Assembly: GCF_009914755.1 (NCBI RefSeq) | Contig: NC_060947.1 | Reading direction: 5' to 3' (one strand) | DNA: 64,000 nucleotides | From: the human T2T-CHM13v2.0 reference genome, Homo sapiens | Shown here: one piece after another, positions 50,833 through 64,000 of the stretch | Position numbering within the stretch: the stretch's first letter is position 1 | How the letters are laid out: every line of letters begins with the position of its first letter | The notes under the pieces: generated by a model | The model's input: only the letters and a program-made list of their open reading frames with translations | What the model was told of the DNA's origin: nothing | The model's database searches: none | Made by a program: the position numbers and the translations under genes

Positions 50833-51707
50833 CTAATACCAAAAAAAGAAAAAAGAAGAAAGAAAAAATTGAGGCTGTTGTATTAGCATCTAAATCACCC
50901 CATCATTAGCAAATCAAAGGAATTCAACTGTCTGTCTGAGCTTCCAAACATATCTGGTAAGACTATCTTTTGCCCATTTGAAATTTATTTCCCCCTTTCA
51001 AGGCTAGCCTTGATGTTTATTTATGATCAGTTTTACCTGTATCTTCCTTTTGGGCCCCTCCAATTCATTCTGTACACTGCAACCACAGAAATCTATGGCA
51101 AGCAAGTCAGATCAAATCACTCCCCTGCTTAGGACTTTTCAGTAGCTTCCCACTCTCTTAGCATAAGTTCAAAATCCTGCCTTAACATCACCAACAAGAA
51201 CCCTGAATTCTCTGACCTCTGCCTTCCCTCTCTAACCTCAGGTAGACGACTTTTCCTCTCACCAGGCTCTATCCCACGCGTCTGCTTACGTTCCTTGAGT
51301 TCCCAAAGCTCCTTCTTTCTTGACAGCTTTTGCACAGGCAACAGTCTCTGCTGGAACGCTTTCACCCACCGTTGCTATTCATCCTTCAGCTCTCAGCTTA
51401 AATGTCACTTCCTCAGATGACATCAGGGCTCCCTGTTATTGCCCTCCAAATAGCCCATATTAATTACATCCTAGGGTACTGACAGATGAGGTTAGTAATC
51501 ATGGAGAATGGCAGAAGTCCAAAGGGACTGAGTGATTATCTAATATTGTCTTGTTTTTCAAAAAGAGGAAGAAGATATATTCTAGTAATCATAATATTGA
51601 AGGCAGGTAAGGTTCTATAACTGACCATTAAAAGGATAGTTTTGTTTTTTTAAAAATCACCGTGGAAGGGAAGAGGCAATCGCTAGGAGCCACAATAAGT
51701 TCACTGA

Positions 51708-52091
<384 letters not shown>

Positions 52092-52141
52092 TAGAGAAGA
52101 GGTTAGAAAGATATGGCATAAAAAGACTAAATCTTCATGAT

Positions 52142-52409
52142 TGTAATCCCAGCACTTTGGGAGGCCAAGGCAGGTGAACCATGAGGTCAGGAGTTCAAGA
52201 CCAGCCTGGCCAAGATGGTGAAACCCCGTCTCTACTAAAAATACAAAAATTAGGGCGTGGTGGCGGGTGCCTGTAATCCCAGCTACTTGGGAGGCTGAGG
52301 CAGAGAATTGCTTGAACCCAGGAGGCAGAGGTTGCAGTGGACCAAGATCTTGCCACTGCACTCCAGCCTGGGCAAGAGAACAAGACTCCTTCTCCAAAAA
52401 AAAAAAAAA
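52142..52409 (+). mobile_element. 5'-truncated Alu
   Basis: TSD AAAAAGACTAAATCTT. Confidence 0.94.
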
Positions 52410-52801
52410 GACTAAATCTTTATCCCCAATAATAAGAAGTTATTGGTTATTGTCCAGATATATTAATATAATTATTGTATTTAGAAATGAGGAGGTAAAT
52501 AGAAGAAACAACTGAAATAACAAAAACAACTTGCCTTTGGGAACACAAATCTAGAGTAGGGAAGAACGGGATAAAGGACGTTTTTTTCTTTATAAGCCTT
52601 GTAACTGTTCTACTTTTTAAACTGTGTACACACGTTATTTTCATAAAAATTAGTTTAAAATACAAATAGCATTTGGACACAAAAACAGGGAGTAGGAGAG
52701 CATTATAGCCAAGGAAATGGCAAAGATGTGGAAGTGAAAAAATACTTCAGTAAATAGTAAGTAGACCTGTCTAGAAAAGCAACGGTCCATACTGAGGAGT
52801 G

Positions 52802-53231
52802 TGTGAAAGGAAAATAAGTCTTGGGGCCCCAAAATTGCTCAAGCTGGGAACTGCTTAGGGCAAACCTGCCTCCCATTCTATTCAAAGTCACCCCTCTGCT
52901 CCCTGAGATAAATGCATATCTGATCGCCTCATTTGGAGAAGCTAGTCAGAAGCTCAAAAGAATGCAACCATTTGTCTAGTATCTACCTATGACCTGGAAG
53001 CCCCCTCCCCACTTCGAGTTGTCCCACCTTTCCGGACTGAACCATTGTACATATTACACATATTGACTGATGTCTCGTGTCACCCTAAAGTGTATAAAAG
53101 CTGTGCCCCTACCACCTTGGGCACATGTCATCAGGACCTCCTGAGGCTGTGTCACGGGCACGTGTCCTCCACCTTGGCAAAATAAACTTTCTAAATTAAC
53201 TGAGACCTGTCTCAGATTTTTGGGGGTTACA
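52802..53231 (+). mobile_element. MER4A-type (ERV1) solo LTR
   Basis: TGTGAAAGGAAAATAAGTCTTGGGGCCCC...GGGTTACA. Confidence 0.87.
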
Positions 53232-53924
53232 AGTAGTAGATGGTATAAAATTTTAACTTTGATTCTCAGTAAGCCACTGGAATATGCATTCTACCAAATG
53301 AGAGAATAAACTAAGAGAGAGGAAGACATGGAATCCAGAAAATGGGATGAACATGAAAGAGAGGAGTAGGGAATTCCCCAGATGATAATGAATGAAAATT
53401 CAAGGTAGACAGCTGTGTAGCACACCTAGAGAGGTCAGAGGGGAGTAGGAAGATAGAGGAATCAAGAAGGGATGTCTTTAGAGAAAATAGAAAAACAACT
53501 GATACATTACTCAATGTGTTTGACCATGTGGAGAATAGTATTCAGAAAGGTTTTACAGTATTGTGGGAAAATTAGTGAAACCTTAGTGATAAACACATAG
53601 AAAGTAAAGCAAACTAAGTAACGAAAACCAAGGCAGCTGTTAATGCTAAGAAAAAGAAACAGTTGCTCAAGAAAGTAAATGAGTTATGATAAAATACTCC
53701 CTGACTCCACAGTGACAGACATTCACATAGTCATAGCAATCAAAACACTATATTCTTGGTTTACAAAATTAAAACTCTTTTGTAGGATAAAGGGAGAACA
53801 AGTTGGAGGGAGCTTTGTTGTAAGAGATCTAAGTCTTTGTTTTCCATAATACAAAGAAAATAAGTAGTATCTACAAATTGAAAGATTAAGAAATATCCAT
53901 ATAAGTACATTATATAGAAATATG

Positions 53925-55143
<1,219 letters not shown>

Positions 55144-55579
55144 ACATGCTCTTTTTCTTTATAAGCCATTTAAATATATTTAACTTTTTACTATGAATAT
55201 GCATTACTTTCAATAAATAAAAATTAATAAATGAGAATAAATGGCATTTTGAATGGGCAGAAGGGAAGGAGAATATTTCAGCCAAGAGAAACAGCAAAGA
55301 CATGAAACAGAAAAAACTAAGTAGACCTCCCTAGGGAAGCGAGAGTCCACATTGAGGAGTAGTCAAAGGTAATTTTAATAGCTGTCATTTATTTAGTACT
55401 TGCTATGTGCAGACACTGTGCTAGTCACTTTGTACACACTATATCACTCATTTACTCACTAACCCAATAAGGGAAGTACTACTATTATCTTCCATCTTAT
55501 AGGTAAAGAAACTGAGAGGTTATGGAACAAAACTCAAAGTTGTGCTCAAAGTCACAGCTAGAAAGTAGCAGAGCAAAGT

Positions 55580-55899
<320 letters not shown>

Positions 55900-58108
55900 C
55901 TATGTTTTGAGGCATAATTGACAAGATTTAATCACTGAAATAATTTATAGAACAGAGAGGGATGAATCCAAAATAACTCTAAGAAATTAAAGCTTACTAG
56001 GAAAATGATGTTCATTCATTTATTCATTTTAACAAATATTTACTGAATATCGACTACATCCGAGTAATTTGGTGGAAATATAGCAATGAATGTGAGAAAT
56101 ATGATACGATCCCTGCTCTCATAGAGCTTATTGTCTGTCATCCATAGGAAAATCACTCAGGGGAACCTCAGTGGAGAAAATTATGAGTTCATTTTTAACT
56201 ATGTTGAAGTAATAATAGGGTGTTCAAATAAAAAATGCACAGTATGCATGGAAAATGTGGTGTTACAGCTTAGTATAAGATGCTCTAAACCTCAAAAATC
56301 TATTCCTGGTCAAGGGAAATCAGAATTCAGAAAAGCTATTTCATTTAATGCTTCAGAAATTCTGCATGAGCTTTAAAAGCACAGTTTCAGTGTTAGCTGG
56401 GCTGGAAGCCAGATTGCAGGAGTTTATAGGTATAAACTGTTAATTTGCAAAGCTTGATGGTGGAAGAAAGAAAAAAAGGTCATACAATAGCTTAGGAGGG
56501 CTGTCAGCAGGGTTAAACAACTTTTCTTTTCCAAACTAGAGGAGACCTACACGTGTTTAAAAGTAGAAAAGGAAAGATTCTGTAGAAAGGAGAAGCTAAA
56601 GAAGATAATTGAGGAAGCTAGGTGTGAAATGAGGTAGAAAGGGATGAACTAGAGAACACACGGCTCAGATTTGAGAGAGGAGGAGGGGGTGCTCTTCCTT
56701 AAGACTATAAAGAAGGCTGAGAGAAGAAAAAGCAAATCAAGTGGTCTTAGGTGAAGAAAATGCATGTGAGTATGTGGTCTCTATCTTTTGAGCAAAGCTT
56801 AGTTTTTATGAGAATGGGCAATCGGGAAAGGGGATGGGGTTTCAGAAGGAATCAAAGAATACAGTTTGAGGTTCAGAGTTGAAAATTAGCAAAACTTTTG
56901 GTACTCCACAGCCCTATTTCAACCACTTTCTACTGTTTTAAAATAATAGCAGATTGCACCATCCTCCAGTCTTCCTGATCAATTAATTCAAATTTTATCT
57001 CACCCAGGCCAACATTTAGGTACTAAGACTCAGGCAGGATGCCATCAAAATCCATTAAAAATGGCTCTCTTCCCAGCAGTGATAGAGATGCAAACTCTCC
57101 TTAACAATCAAATCCAACCTTGAATTAATTAATATCTCTGTTGGTGTCTGTTTTATTTTTAAGCCATATAGTTCTTACTGGCTCAATTTCTAGCATTTTG
57201 TAACTCCATTTGGCACTCTTCAGCAAGTATTTAGTCTGCCTTACTTGAAAACGTGTTTGCCATTTTGGTTCCAGTTACTTCTTGTCACAGGATATAACTG
57301 TGCACAAATAACACCAACATGCACCAAAAATACACCAACATGCACAAAACAGAACAAACGCAAGAGCTTCTTCAGGGCAGGGACTATGCCTTATTTATCT
57401 TTGTCCCATTTCCCAGGGAAGAACATGGCACAATGTTGAAGCTCAGGGAATGCTGACAACAAATGAATGGTTATCTATGGGCTGTTAAGGAGACAGCCCT
57501 GAACTGAGATCCAGGAGATGTCAGTTGTACCTGTTAACTAGAGTTTTTCCCAGACAAATCACTTATACTCGCTGGACCCTATTTTCCCATGTGAAAATGA
57601 GGGGATTGGATGACATTAAATTGCTTCTGATTGAAATTGTGTGGATTTTACATGCCACTTTAAAGTGGATATAATTTTAGGTTTCCAAATAGCAATATTT
57701 AGATTGCTGTTAGAAACATTTTCTAAATTCCTGGCCAACTCCTTGGCTACTGCCTGTGAGTCAGAGTAGATCTGTACCTCAGGTCATCTCTCGTAGACAT
57801 AATAAGCAACTAAATGTGCTACTCGAAAGTTCTGTCCACATGGGAAAATTTGTCTCTTCCATTGTCCTTTATGGGCATCCCATGGTGGGCTTCCAGTGGT
57901 GCAGTCTGCCGCTTTCAGATGGTGCCTGCCACCTTAACTGTGCAAAGTTGTGTGTAAACCAGCCTCGTGTATTTATTTTTTTCTTCAGTCATTTGGTCAT
58001 AGGTGACTCGCCATAAGGCCACTGGTATGGATTTAGGGAGGGGCAGCAATATGGCAGGAGAAAGTGCCATGGGAGCCTGGACCACTTGCTTATGAAACTA
58101 ACTTATTT

Positions 58109-58386
58109 TGGCCAGGCGCGGTGGCTCACGCCTGTAATCCCAATACTTTGGAAGGCCAAAGCGGGCAGATCACTTGAGGTCAGGAGTTTGAGACCAGCCT
58201 GGCCAACATGGTGAAACCCTGTCTCTACTAAAAATACAAAAATTAGTCGGGCGTGGTGGTGAGTGCCTGAGGCTGAGGTGAAGAATCTCTTGAACCTGGG
58301 AGGCGGAGGTTGCAGTGAGCCAAGATCATGCCACTGCACTCCAGCCTAGACAACAGAGCAAAACTCCATCTCAAAAAAAAAAAAAA
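58109..58386 (+). mobile_element. Alu with an internal deletion
   Basis: Dimer lacking TAATCCCAGCTACTCGGG in the right arm. Confidence 0.94.
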
Positions 58387-59138
58387 GGCCTTTTCCCACA
58401 TATACACCTTCCACAAGATGATGAAATATCACTGAGCATACCAGCCTGTGTGGCCAGCCAGATCAGATAACACTCAGTTTGTGACCAGCAGCTGTGTCAT
58501 CCTACCTGGGTAGACATTTCATCTCCACTAGAATTCATCAGCAAACCAGGAGATTCTTCTTAAAAAGAGAGCTCCCATCAAAACAGGAAATAGAGGTGAG
58601 CAAGCCGTCCATCACAATAGGTATCTACTAGAGCTTCTCAAACTCCTGCCTCCCTCCTTTTATCACTGCCTTTTTCTAGCCACTGCCTCAAGTGTACAGG
58701 GCTCTTCTGCAATCCCCTCTGCCCTTATGAGTTGAGGAATGAGATCTGATAAACCTCTTCAATTTAAGAATTTGAGGACTTCTAAAAGTGTGTGAATGTT
58801 TATAAGAACCACAGGGAATGAGCAATGCTGGGTCTATGATGATGAGACCTCAAGTATCAATAAGTAAGCTTTTTGAGTGTGTTCACTGACCTACTGCCTC
58901 TTGAATGACACCTCGTAAGTGACTGCCAAGTATTCTGTGCAATACCTTCTGTTTTACATTTGTGGGAAGGTCTCTGCCCCAGTGGGCTCACCTTTCAATT
59001 TTCAACACCTCCTTCTTACTCCACCCACCCCCCCACTCTGGACTACTGCACCAGTGGCTTATGAGAATCTTCCTAATCAATCCTGAGGGGAACAGAGAAC
59101 ACCCAACAACAAAAGAAACCCATCAAATGAGTACTTAC

Positions 59139-59215
59139 ATTGTACGTTTCATTAAAATTCAGAGTAAAGCTACTTCCTTGACTGTGTGTGTACATAAATA
59201 CATATAGATTGCCCA
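59139..59215 (-). other. Candidate distal first exon (donor AAT|GTAAGT)
   Basis: Consensus donor at 59138-59133; X-box-like element immediately upstream (59218-59231); 5' boundary is a guess. Confidence 0.4.
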
Positions 59216-59686
59216 CAATCGCCCAGGCAACCAGATAGAATATTGGACTTTAAAGGCACAATGGTCATGTCATTCTTCACAAGAAGTTAATTAGCTTCTC
59301 TCTTACAGAACACTACGAAGACTATGATTGGTAATGTCTGAACTCCTGCTCAGCTATAAGTCATAATAAATAATTAGGCTATTTCTCTGGTAACTGTCAT
59401 TCCTTGACTGCTGAACAATCTTCTATCATTAATGACTGTTGTATTTTACCACAGGGCAGGCATGTTTCCAATGGCACCCAGGTATCCACAGGAAGTTTTA
59501 GCTAGGTCTAATTACTGTAAATCTCTTGCAGACCCACTCACCTCCCCATCCCAATATTGCTATCCAAATGAAATTAAGCTTAAAAGAATAGACAGGTCAC
59601 AAAAGGGTGGAATAGTTTATGGACCAAGTGCATGTGTGTTCATCATGCAACAGTTTTCTATTTCTCTTTAAGCACTGGATCATTAG

Positions 59687-60059
<373 letters not shown>

Positions 60060-60140
60060 TGAAGTACAGCCAGGCCACAAAGTAATTAAAACTGGAATAG
60101 CCAAACAAGAACTGAGATTGTTCTTTTTCTCAAAGTCCAC

Positions 60141-60450
60141 TGTATTAGTTGGGGTTCTCCAGAGAAACAACCAATAGGATATATGAGGAGATTTATTATG
60201 GGAATTGGCTCATGCAATTGTAGAGGCTGAGAAGTCCCAGAATCTGCAATCTGCATGAGACCGGCCACAAAATATCCCCATCTTTATAATGATTCCAGTA
60301 ACATTGGATTAGGGGCCCACTCTACTCCAGTATGACCTCATTTTAACTACATCTGCAATGATGCTATTTCCAAATAATGTCACATTATGGGGCACAGGGG
60401 GTTAGGAGTTCAACATATGAATTTTGGGGCACACAATTCAACCCATAACA
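60141..60450 (-). mobile_element. MLT2 fragment joined to an MLT1 fragment
   Basis: TGTATTAGTTGGGGTTCTCCAGAGAAAC... then TGGATTAGGGGCCCAC...ATTCAACCCATAACA. Confidence 0.75.
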
Positions 60451-60464
60451 CCAACACCATCACT

Positions 60465-60896
<432 letters not shown>

Positions 60897-60924
60897 TAAA
60901 ACTTACTCCCTACTACCTGTGATG

Positions 60925-61245
60925 CAACAGAGTAGTTTGGATATTGGTTGTTCCCTCCATATCTCATGTTGAAATGTGATCCTCAAGGTTGGAGATGGGA
61001 CCTAGTGAGAGGTGTTTGGAGGTGTTTGAGTCATGGGTGTGGATCTCGCATGAATGCCTTGATGCCATCCTCAGTAGAGTGAGTTCTTGCTCTATTAGTT
61101 CCCAAGATATCTGATTGTTAAAAAGAGCCTGTCGCCTTCTCTGCATTCTGTTGCTTCCCTCTCACCATGTGATCTGCGTACTCTGGCTCCCCTTGCCTTC
61201 CACCTGAATGGAAGCTTCATGAAGCCCTCACCAGAAGCAGATTCA
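60925..61245 (+). mobile_element. MST (MaLR) LTR
   Basis: TCTCATGTTGAAATGTGATCC...GAAGCCCTCACCAGAAGCAGAT. Confidence 0.82.
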
Positions 61246-61750
61246 GACAGAAATGTACAACAAAATGTGAGCTTTAGGGTAAGAAACTAAGCAGGGCATG
61301 GCGGTGCATACCTGTAGTACCAGCTACTGGGGAGGCTGAGGTGGAAGGATTGCTTGAGCCCAGAGAGGTCAGCACAGAAAATTTTATTTTTGACAATTCC
61401 ACTCTTTGCCATCTCTATTCCTTCAGAAAAACTAAACTTATAAAAGAAACTTGGTTTTACAACAGTAATATATTCCTTTTTTTGAACAAGTACAACTTTT
61501 ACAAGTTGACTGCTTTCATTGTAATAATCTATATCTGCCTGTCCTGTAGTGCTTTAGAAGTTTAGTTTTGCTGTGAGCAGCTTCATATTTATTTAGATGA
61601 ACATGTGGAAATTAAAAGCAAGAAGCTCAATAACATTGTTTTCTCCCAATTTGTAGCCAAGCAATTTGACATTGATTTTTTTTTTTTTAAAATGGTAGAG
61701 AGGGTCTATTTATAACAGATACAGTCAACTCTCAATATTTTCAGGGCTAA

Positions 61751-62386
<636 letters not shown>

Positions 62387-62479
62387 TAAAACTCTCTGAA
62401 AGTTCATAGATGTAAGTTATAGTTAGTCCTTGTTTATGACCTTTCTGTGCATTATATAAATAACTGCAAAACTCATTAA

Positions 62480-62832
<353 letters not shown>

Positions 62833-62861
62833 TTAACCCTTGTTTTCTAAGGCCCCAGTAG

Positions 62862-63271
<410 letters not shown>

Positions 63272-64000
63272 TAGAGATTGCACACAGTATGGCAGGGACT
63301 GTAGAATTGTGGGAACTGACAAAGCTGAAGACTTTTAGTAAGTCCCTGCTTGACACCACTATAACCATCTCACATGTAGTATACTACTTCATTGTGACTG
63401 CCCAAAGATCTGTGATTCCCAGCACCATCCCACAGCCAGCTCACCCCTAGCCCCGGTAGAAAGTAGTCTTCTTGCTGAATGAACATTCTTTCGGCTCTTC
63501 AGAACAACCCCTCTCCCCACAGGAGGGTGGAATTGAGGATCTCTAAGAATCCTTTTAACTCTATGCTTATATAATTTCATGTAGATAATATACAAGAGAA
63601 ATGTTTAAAATTTGACCTTTTAATGCTTTTTTAAAAAGTAATGGATTTTTAGAAAGGATTGTACTGAACAAAAGGAGCAAAATATAATATAATCCGTTTC
63701 AGGCCCATAGCCAGGATCAGGTTATAAGCTTAGTAGATGAGTGTAAGAAAGGTGATTCAACAGAAAAGGAGCAGGACTGGTCTAAGAGGGAAGAGCCGCA
63801 CTTGAAATTGGCTTCACAGTGCCCTCTGGAGAAGGGAAAAGTAAGGTAGCAATGGATGGATTGAGCACGTGACCCTGAATAGTTCTTACTGAATAGGGGA
63901 GACAAAATAGAGAGTGGGAGAGAAGGAAGTAAGGTACCATAAGAGATAAGACAATGTTGCAAAAAGGCCAAGAAGGAGAAATTTGTGACTCTCTTACTTA

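Overview
Human (or very closely related ape) genomic DNA. It covers the 5' end of ATP11C (P4-ATPase phospholipid flippase, Xq27.1), transcribed on the minus strand from a CpG island at ~45.2-47.7 kb. Only 9 codons of recognisable protein lie in the window (MFRRSLNRF, 45956-45982). Positions 1-45955 are intron 1, which hosts MIR505 (38064-38147, -). The rest is repeat-dominated: ~50 Alus, old L1/L2/MIR fragments, and LTR7, MER4A, MER21, MER68, THE1, MLT and MST LTRs. Almost all long ORFs in the track are Alu- or GC-derived artefacts. The most unusual signals are: (1) a 7-segment mosaic at 9551-9975 stitched from nearby templates in both orientations with microhomology joins, plus three more templated insertions (11176, 20095, and 41583, which matches sequence 18.6 kb away inverted); (2) several candidate alternative first exons that would change the ATP11C N-terminus, including a distal one behind an RFX-like X-box; (3) an L1-retroposed ERVL/MER21 transcript and an L1-retroposed mRNA 3' end, each carrying a nested insertion. 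Gene and repeat names were recognised from memory without database searches; repeat subfamily calls and boundaries are approximate.
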